DNA of 52,971 bases, from NCBI GenBank assembly GCA_937927565.1, contig CALBDV010000877.1, positions 1-52,971 on the forward strand, given 5' to 3'. Below are positions 1 through 7,664 of this stretch, piece by piece (position 1 is the first letter of the stretch; every line of letters begins with the position of its first letter). A program made the position numbers and the translations under genes. Below the pieces are notes generated by a model, which worked only from the letters and a program-made list of their open reading frames with translations, was not told the DNA's origin and made no database searches. Source of the stretch: an uncultured Holophagales bacterium. GTDB lineage: Bacteria; Acidobacteriota; Thermoanaerobaculia; UBA5066.

Positions 1-2078
1 GCGGTGCCGGGGTTCTTGATGTTCTGCGCCTCGTCGAGCGCGAGGTACTCCCACGAGACCTCGGTGAGGATCGCCCGGTCCCGGTGTGCCAGGGAATAGG
101 TCGTGACGATGAGGTCGGTGTCCTTCAGGAGCTGCTGGAAGTCTTCTCCGGCGGCCCGCTCGGGGCCGTGGTGGACGGCGACCGTGAGGCTCGGCGCGAA
201 CCGCGCGGCCTCCTGGATCCAGTTCTCGACGACGGAGGTCGGGCAGACCAGGAGCGAGGGGCGGATCGCCTCGCCCGCCTCGCGCGCGGTCAGGAGGGTG
301 GCCAGGAGCTGGATCGTCTTGCCGAGCCCCATGTCGTCGGCGAGGCAGGTGCCGAGCCCGCGCGACAGGAGGAAGCGGAGCCAGGAGACGCCCTTTTCCT
401 GGTAGGGTCGAAGGCGGCCCTTCAGCGCCGCCGGTGCGACGAAGGGCGTGTCCTGCGCGGCCTCCGACTGGAGGAGCTCTGCGAGCCAGCCGTCGGCGTT
501 GATGCTGTCGACTCCGAGGGCCTCGACGTCTTCCTCGTCGAGGCCGCTGGCCATGCGGAGGAAGTCGGCGAGGGTCGCCCGGCCGGAGGGCTTCTTCTCG
601 AAGAGGGCGAGGGTGCGGGCGACGCCCTGCGGGTCGAGGAGGACCCATTCGCCCCGTACTTCGACGAGAGGGACCTTCCGCGTGGCGAGCTGCTCGAATT
701 CCTCGGGGGAGAGGAGCTGGTCTCCGACGGCGACGCGCCAGTCGAAGTCGACGAGCGTGCCGAGACCGAACCGGGTGACGGCAACCCCGCTCTTCCAGCG
801 GCTTTCGGCGGCGTTGAGGCGGAGCGACGGCTTCGTGGTGCGCCCCTCGGCCGGCAGGAGGAGCTGGACGCCGGCCTCCTTCAGGAGGGGCGCGTCGGTT
901 GCGAGGAAACGCCAGGCCTCCTCGAGGGAGAGGGCGACGCCTTCGGGCTGACGCTCTTCGAGGCTCCGCCGGATCGGCTCGCTGAGCGAGGCGATGCCGC
1001 CCAGGCGCGCCAGGAGGGTCTCCTGAGGGTTGCTGAAACGCCGTCCGAGGCGCCGAAGGCTGGAAGGGGTCTCGTGCCAGATCTCTTCGGCGTAGAGCTT
1101 GAGGCTCGGGTCGTCGGCGGCCTCGAGGTGGTAGCCGAGCCGCCACGCCGGGGTCTCTTCGGACGCGGGGTCGGGCGGCAGGAGCCTCAGCCCGAGGCGC
1201 AGGTCGCCCTCGGGAAGGGCTTCGAGGAGGGGGAGGCTCCAGGCGCTGAAGCGTTCGGCGACTTCAGCGGGGATGGCCTCGGCGACCATCTCCTCCTCCC
1301 GGCCGTCGCGCCGGGCGGCGAGAAGGGAGAGGGCGAGCCACTCGGGGCCGGAGCCGGCACGGCGCCGGGCGTCGGGGATCCCCTCCAGGAGGAGCTCGCG
1401 AGCGGCAGCGTCGGCCAGGTCGTCGACGACGCCCCGCAGGAGGAAGGCCGAAGTGGGGTAGAGGCCCTCCGCCGAGGCGCCCGGCCAGCCGATGGCGCGG
1501 CTCGAGGGGGGCATTGCCTGGGAGAAGAGGTCGGCGCGGTCCTTCTCGTGAGGGTCGTTGAAGACAGGGCGCCAGCGGGCGTGCCCGTCCTCGAAAGCCG
1601 GGACGATCCGGCGCCGCTGGAGCAGGTCGAGGACCCACGCGGCGACGGCGACCCAGTAGTCGACATCGTCGCCGAGGAGGAGACCCGGACGCTCGGGAGC
1701 CTCGCCCATGGCGGTGAGGGCGTCGAAGGCGCGCCCGGCGGGAAGGACGAGCCCCTCGACCTCGAACGCCTTGAGGACGATCTCTCCGTTGGCGTAGTCC
1801 TCGTCCTCGCGGAGAGCCGGATGGGAGGGGACGGGGCGCGACCGGAGGGTGGGGAGCGTCAGGACGAGGCGCCCGGGGCGGACGTGCCCGGTCGCCGCGA
1901 CGGCCAGGCCAGCCGCCTTCAGCGCGCTCTCGAGAGCCGCGGGATCGAGGTGCCGCGGGTGCTCGGGCTTCTGCCGGGCGCCGACGTGCGCCCCTTCTCC
2001 CCACAGAAAGAACCCGGCTCCGGGGAGCGGGCCTGTCGGGGGAAGGGGGGTTCCGTGGAGGACTAACAAGCCGCCCAT
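1..2078 (-). CDS. SNF2/RAD54-family helicase (N-terminal accessory domain plus first half of the ATPase core); 3' end lies beyond the left window edge
   Basis: Absent from the ORF track because it has no in-window stop. My reverse-strand translation from ATG 2078 reads MGGLLVLHGTPLPP..GAGFFLWGE. Further on it reads LRPYQEKGVSWLRFL, CLADDMGLGKTIQ (motif I), LVCPTSVVENW and LALDEAQNIKNPGT (motif II, bases 60-1). The 660-aa + ORF 84..2066 is its antisense shadow. Confidence 0.9.
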   Translation of the reverse strand, partial: MGGLLVLHGTPLPPTGPLPGAGFFLWGEGAHVGARQKPEHPRHLDPAALESALKAAGLAVAATGHVRPGRLVLTLPTLRSRPVPSHPALREDEDYANGEIVLKAFEVEGLVLPAGRAFDALTAMGEAPERPGLLLGDDVDYWVAVAAWVLDLLQRRRIVPAFEDGHARWRPVFNDPHEKDRADLFSQAMPPSSRAIGWPGASAEGLYPTSAFLLRGVVDDLADAAARELLLEGIPDARRRAGSGPEWLALSLLAARRDGREEEMVAEAIPAEVAERFSAWSLPLLEALPEGDLRLGLRLLPPDPASEETPAWRLGYHLEAADDPSLKLYAEEIWHETPSSLRRLGRRFSNPQETLLARLGGIASLSEPIRRSLEERQPEGVALSLEEAWRFLATDAPLLKEAGVQLLLPAEGRTTKPSLRLNAAESRWKSGVAVTRFGLGTLVDFDWRVAVGDQLLSPEEFEQLATRKVPLVEVRGEWVLLDPQGVARTLALFEKKPSGRATLADFLRMASGLDEEDVEALGVDSINADGWLAELLQSEAAQDTPFVAPAALKGRLRPYQEKGVSWLRFLLSRGLGTCLADDMGLGKTIQLLATLLTAREAGEAIRPSLLVCPTSVVENWIQEAARFAPSLTVAVHHGPERAAGEDFQQLLKDTDLIVTTYSLAHRDRAILTEVSWEYLALDEAQNIKNPGT

Positions 2079-2143
2079 TCTCACTCATTTCCGCTCGGGC
2101 GGTCGCGAAGGATGCGTTCGCGCTATCCTCCGTCCCTGCAACG

Positions 2144-2656
2144 ATGAAGCCGTACGAGATTTTCCGCCGCCTTTCGAACTCCGAAATCGACGCCATCGTC
2201 CTGGTCGCCTGCGAGGACGACGAGATCCCCGACAAGATCGCCGGGAGCGTCCTGACGCTCCAGCGCGTCCCCCTCAACCGTTTCGAGCGCTTCCCGGAGG
2301 ACGTCCGAAAGGGCTACGTCCGGAAGACGCTCCGCGACAAGCGAGCGGAGGACCTCTCCCTGTTCGTCATCTCGGCCGGCCTGGTCGGCGCGAAGGCCGA
2401 GATGATCGAGGCCTTCCTCGTGGCGCTGGACCTTCCTCACGAGGGCCCGAGCCTGACGGCCGACGGCCCGGTGGCCGAGCCGCCGGAGCTCCTCCTGAAG
2501 AAGGCGGTGGCCGACCTGGTGTCGGCGCACGGCGGGCGCGACGTGGCGATCTTCCTGAACGCCTTCGTCGAACAGCCCGACGTGTCGTGGCCTTCGCTCC
2601 TGGCGATGCTCGCCACCGACGAGAAACTTGCGCTGGAAGACCGCTCGGCAGACTGA
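2144..2656 (+). CDS. hypothetical acidic protein (170 aa), probably co-transcribed with ferritin
   Basis: Track ORF with normal amino-acid composition and strongly G/C-ending codons, unlike the Arg/Pro-rich shadow ORFs. I recognise no family motif. Its stop is 11 nt before the ferritin ATG. Confidence 0.7.
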   Translation: MKPYEIFRRLSNSEIDAIVLVACEDDEIPDKIAGSVLTLQRVPLNRFERFPEDVRKGYVRKTLRDKRAEDLSLFVISAGLVGAKAEMIEAFLVALDLPHEGPSLTADGPVAEPPELLLKKAVADLVSAHGGRDVAIFLNAFVEQPDVSWPSLLAMLATDEKLALEDRSAD

Positions 2657-2667
2657 AGGAGTGAATC

Positions 2668-3159
2668 ATGATTCCTGAAAAACTGAAGGCGGCCCTCGAC
2701 GAGCACGTGTCGGCCGAGATCGGTGCCGCCTACCTCTACCTCGCCATGTCCGCCGACTTCGAGTCGAAGGCCTACAAGGGCTTCGCGCGGTGGATGCGTG
2801 TCCAGTTCCAGGAGGAGATGGCGCACGCGACGAAGTTCGTCGACTACATGCTCGCGCGCGGCGCGTCGATCGGCTGGAAGGACGCCAAGGCGCCCGCCAC
2901 CACCTTCGGCACGGCTCTCGAGACGTTCGAGAAGACGCTCGCGCACGAGAAGGACGTCACCGCCCGCATCCACAAGCTCTACCACCTCGCCGCCGCCGAG
3001 GGCGACACCGCGACGCAGGTCTTCCTGCAGTGGTTCGTGACGGAGCAGGTCGAGGAGGAGGCGCGCGTCACCGAGATCGTCGACAAGATCCGGATGGTCG
3101 CCGACCGTCCCGGCTCGGTCCTCTACCTCGACAAGGAATACGGCAAGCGCACGGCGTAG
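2668..3159 (+). CDS. ftn: non-heme ferritin
   Basis: 163 aa with a ferritin four-helix pattern: EHVSAEIGAAYLYLAMS, QFQEEMAHATKFVDYM, LAHEKDVT, FLQWFVTEQVEEE (ferroxidase Glu/His ligands). AGGAG Shine-Dalgarno about 7 nt upstream. Confidence 0.9.
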   Translation: MIPEKLKAALDEHVSAEIGAAYLYLAMSADFESKAYKGFARWMRVQFQEEMAHATKFVDYMLARGASIGWKDAKAPATTFGTALETFEKTLAHEKDVTARIHKLYHLAAAEGDTATQVFLQWFVTEQVEEEARVTEIVDKIRMVADRPGSVLYLDKEYGKRTA

Positions 3160-3185
3160 GCCGACTCCTTTCGCTTTTCTTCCAA

Positions 3186-3217
3186 AGGGCGTCCTCGGCG
3201 AAAGCCGACGACGCCCT
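3186..3217 (+). terminator. hairpin terminator candidate downstream of ferritin
   Basis: AGGGCGTCCTCGGC-GAAA-GCCGACGACGCCCT: 13 of 14 bp pair, with a GAAA loop. It is followed by CTTCATTTCG, a moderately T-rich tail. It sits in the convergent gap between ferritin and the ABC permease. Confidence 0.45.
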
Positions 3218-3362
3218 CTTCATTTCGTATCGCCGGTCCCCGTCCCGGCCCTCTCCCGCTTCAACGACTGCCCGCGCCGAAGGCGCGCACGAATAAGGGA
3301 GGCGGGCGGGGGAGAGGGGCGGGCTCAAGGGGAGGGGACGCGGGGCGGGAGCAGCTGAGAGT

Positions 3363-4166
3363 TCAGCTGCCGGTCGAGCCGTACCTCGCGATGCCCCTGC
3401 GCCAGAGGGCGCGGTTGAGGAGGGCGAAGAGGATCGCCACGGCCGGGACGGCCCAGAAGAACGGGGTGAAGTCGGCGCGCTTCAGGGCGAGGGTGGTCGG
3501 GTAGAACGACGCGAAGGCGAAGGGAATGACGGTGGAGAGCAGGACCTTCACCTTCAGGTCGTAGATGGTGATGGGGTAGCGGCCGAAGGCCATGAGGTTG
3601 AAGACCGGCGGCGCCAGGCCGACCCGGTCCTCGATCCAGAAGCTCGAAGCCGTGAGGATGCCGAAGACCGAAAGGTAGATGACGGCTCCGAAGACGGCCC
3701 AGAGCGGAAGCAGCGCCAGGCCCAGCGGCGAGAGGTCGGGGAGCCGTGAGACGGCCCACGCGATGGCGACCGTTCCGGTGACGACCTCCTGGAGCGATTC
3801 GAGGCGGAAGCTCTCGAAGTAGATCTGGAAGAGCGGGGAGACGGGGCGCAGGAGGATGCGGTCGAAGCGCCCCTCCACGAGGTAGCGGTCGGCGAACTCG
3901 TAGAGGTTGAGGGAGAGGACCGAGAAGAGGCCGTACGGCAGGAGCGAGAAGCCGTAGAGGAAGACGATCTCGGGGAAGCTCCAGCCGGCCAGGTGCGGGA
4001 AGCGCGAGAAGAGGAGGAGGACGACCGAGAACGACGCGGCCGTCCCGAGGAACGAGGCGAGGACCGCCGTCGCGAAGTCGGCCCGGTAGGCGAGGCGCGC
4101 CTTCACGTACTGCGCGAAGTAGAGCGCGAGGAGGCGCCCGTGGAAGCGGAGGCTCTTCACGCTCAC
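3363..4166 (-). CDS. ABC-2 family (DUF990-like) transporter permease, second subunit
   Basis: Only the C-terminal 267 aa of track ORF 3363..4760 look real (VSVKSLRFHGRLLALYFAQYV.., multi-TM). The upstream 198 aa are Arg/Pro-rich read-through of the neighbouring gene. GTG 4166 overlaps the upstream stop (GTGA). Confidence 0.8.
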   Translation of the reverse strand: MSVKSLRFHGRLLALYFAQYVKARLAYRADFATAVLASFLGTAASFSVVLLLFSRFPHLAGWSFPEIVFLYGFSLLPYGLFSVLSLNLYEFADRYLVEGRFDRILLRPVSPLFQIYFESFRLESLQEVVTGTVAIAWAVSRLPDLSPLGLALLPLWAVFGAVIYLSVFGILTASSFWIEDRVGLAPPVFNLMAFGRYPITIYDLKVKVLLSTVIPFAFASFYPTTLALKRADFTPFFWAVPAVAILFALLNRALWRRGIARYGSTGS

Positions 4167-4990
4167 CCCCCCTGGACCTCGATGCGCCGCGCGGTCGCGT
4201 TCCAGAGGACGCGGCCGAGGAGGAGGAGCAGGAGCGTCCACCCGGCCTGGAGGGCGAGAGCGCGCGCCGCGTCGGCGCCCGTGGCGAGGCCGAGCCAGAT
4301 GCGCCCGGGCGTGTCGTTCATGTGGAGGAAGGGGAGCCAGACGAGGACCTTCCGAACCGGCTCGGGGAAGAACGCCACGGGGACGAGAAGGCCGGACAGG
4401 AGCTCGAGGACGAGGTACTTGGCGCGCAGGACGCCGAGGATCGAGGTGGTGCGAATTGCGATGAGGCCGACGCAGAAGTTGATCGACCCGACGAGGAGGG
4501 CCGAGAGGAGCCCGGAGAGGAGATAGAGGCCGAGGGCCGCCGGGCCTGCCGGCGGGAGGATCGGGTAGACGAGGCCGAGCAGGACGCCGATGGGGATCGT
4601 GAAGAGGACGAGGCGGAAGGCGCTCTCGCCGAGCGCCTGCGAGAGCGTCATGGCCTGGATGTCGACGGGCTTGATGAGGGTCATCGCGAGGCGCCCCTCG
4701 CGGACCTGGCTCGCGATCTCGCGGTCGACCTCGTTGAAGTAGAAGCTGCGCAGCGCCCATCCCGTCGTGACGTAGGTGAGCATCTGCGGAAAGGTGAACC
4801 CGCCGAGCGTGGCGCCGTCGCCCTTCTCGTGGAAGAGGGCGCGCCAGATGTAGTACCAGACGGTGGCGTTGAAGAAATACGTCAGGATGCCGACGAAGTA
4901 GCGCGCGCGGTAGGCGAGGAGGTTCAGGAACGAGGTGCGCGCGAAGGCGAGGTAGGGCCGCGCGAAGGCGAGGGCGGTCGTCCCGGACAT
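4163..4990 (-). CDS. ABC-2 family (DUF990-like) transporter permease, first subunit
   Basis: Track ORF 4163..5095 trimmed to the internal ATG 4990 (MSGTTALAFARPYLAFARTSFLNLLAYRARYF..). That start lies 16 nt after the ATPase stop. Multi-TM hydrophobic protein. Confidence 0.8.
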   Translation of the reverse strand: MSGTTALAFARPYLAFARTSFLNLLAYRARYFVGILTYFFNATVWYYIWRALFHEKGDGATLGGFTFPQMLTYVTTGWALRSFYFNEVDREIASQVREGRLAMTLIKPVDIQAMTLSQALGESAFRLVLFTIPIGVLLGLVYPILPPAGPAALGLYLLSGLLSALLVGSINFCVGLIAIRTTSILGVLRAKYLVLELLSGLLVPVAFFPEPVRKVLVWLPFLHMNDTPGRIWLGLATGADAARALALQAGWTLLLLLLGRVLWNATARRIEVQGG

Positions 4991-5006
4991 CTCTGCGTCC
5001 GCCGCC

Positions 5007-6086
5007 TCAGCCCCGGCGGACGCCGCGATGGGCGACGACGCCGGGAGCGGCGCCCTCGGCCAGGGCGTCCTCGGCGGGTTTCCGGAGCGCGGCATTCTCG
5101 CGGTAAATGCGGGCGACGACCTCCTCGATGTCGGGCTCGCCGACCGCGAGGTCGAGGACGGGGAGGTCGCGGACGACCTCCCTGAGGACGTCGGCGGTGG
5201 ACACCTCGCGCTTGTCGACGACGATCTGGTACCGGCCCTGCGAGACGCGCGCCGCGCGCCACGGGCCGACGGCGAGCTCGGCCGGGTCGTCGGCGGGGAT
5301 CGGGTTCAGGTCGAAGCGGATGCGCGCCTCGGGGAGGTGGCGGTCGCGCAGGCCGCGCAGGCTGCCGTCCCAGAGGACCTGGCCGTGGTCGATGAGGACG
5401 ACGCGCTCGCACAGCTCCTCGATGTCGTCGAGGTCGTGCGTCGTGAGGATGACGGTCGTGGAGAGGCGCCTGTTCGCTTCCTTCAGGAACGACCGGACGT
5501 TCGCCTTGGCGACGACGTCGAGGCCGATGGTCGGCTCGTCGAGGAAGAGGAGCGTCGGCTCGTGGAGGAGCGAGGCGGCGAGGTCGCAGCGCATCCGCTC
5601 GCCGAGGGAAAGCTTCCGGACCGGCTGCGGGAGGAGGCGGCCGACGTCGAGGAGGTCGTCGAAGACCTTCATCCGGCGCGCGTAGTCGGCCTCGGAGACG
5701 CCGTAGATCTCGCGGAGGAGCTGGAAGCTCTCGACGACGGCGATGTCCCACCAGAGCTGGGTCCGCTGGCCGAAGACGACGCCGATCGACTTCGTGTAGG
5801 CGCGGCGGTCGCGCCACGGGACGAAGCCGAGGGCGGAGACCTCGCCGGACGTCGGCGTCAGGATGCCGGTGAGCATCTTGATCGTCGTCGACTTCCCGGC
5901 GCCGTTCGGGCCGATGTAGCCGACCATCTCGCCGCGGTCGAGGTCGAAGGAGACGCGGTCGACGGCGGTGAGGGTCGTCGTCTCCGCGCGGAAGAGCCCC
6001 TTGAGCGCGCCCGCGAGACCGGGCGACTTGCGCGTGACCTCGAAGGCCTTGACGAGGTCGCGTACGCGGACGGCGGGTTGGCTCAT
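5007..6086 (-). CDS. ABC transporter ATP-binding protein (COG4586-like, with C-terminal extension)
   Basis: This is the C-terminal 359 aa of track ORF 5007..7358, starting MSQPAVRVRDLVKAF. Walker A GPNGAGKST, signature LSLGERMR, Walker B LLFLDEPTIGLD. ATG 6086 overlaps the rsmI stop (ATGA). Confidence 0.9.
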   Translation of the reverse strand: MSQPAVRVRDLVKAFEVTRKSPGLAGALKGLFRAETTTLTAVDRVSFDLDRGEMVGYIGPNGAGKSTTIKMLTGILTPTSGEVSALGFVPWRDRRAYTKSIGVVFGQRTQLWWDIAVVESFQLLREIYGVSEADYARRMKVFDDLLDVGRLLPQPVRKLSLGERMRCDLAASLLHEPTLLFLDEPTIGLDVVAKANVRSFLKEANRRLSTTVILTTHDLDDIEELCERVVLIDHGQVLWDGSLRGLRDRHLPEARIRFDLNPIPADDPAELAVGPWRAARVSQGRYQIVVDKREVSTADVLREVVRDLPVLDLAVGEPDIEEVVARIYRENAALRKPAEDALAEGAAPGVVAHRGVRRG

Positions 6087-6862
6087 TCGCCGGTGGCGGA
6101 GTCGTCGTCGACGGGCTCCCCTCCGGAACCGCCTTCCGGCAGCTCCGACGGGCCCGTGGGCACCGCTGCGGCCGATGGTGCGGCGGCGACGGCGATCTCG
6201 CCCTTGATGCCGGGGCGCTTTGCGAGGACCGCCGCAACGGCGGACGCCGTGCCGCGCAGGACCTCCTCGTGGAGCTTGGTCAGCTCGCGACCGAGGCAGA
6301 CCTGCGGATCGCCCCAGGCGCGGCCCATCTCCTCGAGGGAGGCCACGATGCGATAGGGGGACTCGAAGAGGATGCGGGTCTCGTCGCGGGCGGCGAAGCG
6401 GGCGTACCAGCGGGAGCGCTCGCCGTGGCGGGAGGGCGGAAATCCGAGGAACGAGAACGGGATGGCCGGGAAGCCGGAGATGGAGAGAATGGCGGCGACG
6501 GCAGACGGCCCGGCAATCGGCTCGACGCGGTACCCGGCTTCGGCGACGGCCGCAGCGAGGAGGCGCCCCGGGTCGGAGACGCCGGGCGTGCCGGCGTCGG
6601 AGACGAGCGCGAGCGTCTCGCCCGACGCGAGGCGTTCGAGCATCTCGGGAATCCTCCGAAACTCGTTGTGCTCGTGGCAGGAGACCCGCGGCGTCGTGAC
6701 GCCGTACCTCGCGAAGAGGTTGCCGGTGCGGCGGGTGTCCTCGCAGAGGACGAGGCTCGCGTCGCGAAGGGCCGCGAGGGCCCGTGGGGAGAGGTCCTCG
6801 AGGTTGCCGATGGGGGTGGCGACGACGAGGAGGCGCCCGGGGGCACCAGCGGTGGAGGTCAC
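6083..6862 (-). CDS. rsmI: 16S rRNA (cytidine1402-2'-O)-methyltransferase
   Basis: 259 aa. N-terminus LLVVATPIGNLEDLSPRAL, then LVLCEDTRRTGNL and LVSDAGTPGVSDPG, all typical of RsmI tetrapyrrole-methylase-fold proteins. Confidence 0.9.
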   Translation of the reverse strand: MTSTAGAPGRLLVVATPIGNLEDLSPRALAALRDASLVLCEDTRRTGNLFARYGVTTPRVSCHEHNEFRRIPEMLERLASGETLALVSDAGTPGVSDPGRLLAAAVAEAGYRVEPIAGPSAVAAILSISGFPAIPFSFLGFPPSRHGERSRWYARFAARDETRILFESPYRIVASLEEMGRAWGDPQVCLGRELTKLHEEVLRGTASAVAAVLAKRPGIKGEIAVAAAPSAAAVPTGPSELPEGGSGGEPVDDDSATGE

Positions 6863-6950
6863 GCCCGGATGCTACCAGCGGGAACCGGCACGCAACGCCG
6901 CGACACCCTCGGACCGCCCCGCGCCGGCCGGGCGTCGTACGATCGCGCCG

Positions 6951-7664
6951 ATGGGGATCCTCGTCGCAGCCCTTTTCCTCGCTTTCGTTTCGGGCGGGTC
7001 CGCCGCCGCGGAGGACCCTCCACCGTCGACGACTGGTCCTTCGGTGACGCTCGACCGGATCGCGGCGGTCGTCGGCACGGAGATCGTCCTGGAGGGTGAG
7101 ATCTCGCGCCTGGCAGCGATCGGCTTCCTGCCGCGACGGGAAGGGGAGGCCGAGCTCGCCTATCGCGACCGGCTTCTCGACATGCGGGTCGTCGAGCTGC
7201 TGCGCGAGAAGGAGCTGCGCCTCCTGACGGGTCTCGAGCCCGACCCGGCCGAGGTGAACGCGAAGCTCGACGAGCTGGCCGCGCGCTACGAGGCCTCGTC
7301 GGGCGAGCCGTTCGACCGCGTCCTGGAGCGTGCCCGGACGAGCCGCGACGAGGTGCACGACTGGATCCGGCGCGGCATCGCCCTCGAGAGCTACGCCCGC
7401 GAGAGGCTCCTGCCGACGGTGAAGGTGACGGACGAGGCGTTGCGGGCTTTCTACGACGGGCCCTTCCGAACGGAGGCCGCTGCGCGCGGCGTCGAGACGC
7501 TCCCTCCGTTCGTCGAGGTCCAGGACCAGGTCCGCGAGCTCCTGCGCGAACGCCTCCTCAACGAGCAGGTGGAGGAGTGGACGGCGGGGCTCCGCGCGAA
7601 GACGCGGGTCCTCGTCTACCGGCGTCCGCCGATCGACTCGTCGGCGGGAAGCGCGAGCCGGTAA
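6951..7664 (+). CDS. SurA N-terminal-domain-like periplasmic chaperone (no PPIase domain seen)
   Basis: Track ORF 6372..7664 trimmed to ATG 6951. Signal-like MGILVAALFLAFVSGGSAAA, then LDRIAAVVGTEIVLEGEI, which resembles the SurA_N motif. The earlier part of the ORF is Arg-rich shadow. Confidence 0.65.
   Translation: MGILVAALFLAFVSGGSAAAEDPPPSTTGPSVTLDRIAAVVGTEIVLEGEISRLAAIGFLPRREGEAELAYRDRLLDMRVVELLREKELRLLTGLEPDPAEVNAKLDELAARYEASSGEPFDRVLERARTSRDEVHDWIRRGIALESYARERLLPTVKVTDEALRAFYDGPFRTEAAARGVETLPPFVEVQDQVRELLRERLLNEQVEEWTAGLRAKTRVLVYRRPPIDSSAGSASR

Noticed and set aside
84-2066. 660-aa + strand ORF, the longest ORF at the left end
   Set aside because: It is Gly/Arg/Glu/Asp-rich with low complexity and no motifs. 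The opposite strand encodes unmistakable SNF2 helicase motifs in a frame that is missing from the track only because it lacks an in-window stop. This is an antisense shadow typical of high-GC DNA.
5007-7358. 783-aa minus ORF spanning the ABC ATPase, rsmI and beyond
   Set aside because: Only the last 359 aa (from ATG 6086) are protein-like. The upstream part is an Arg/Pro-rich out-of-frame read across rsmI, which has its own clean frame.
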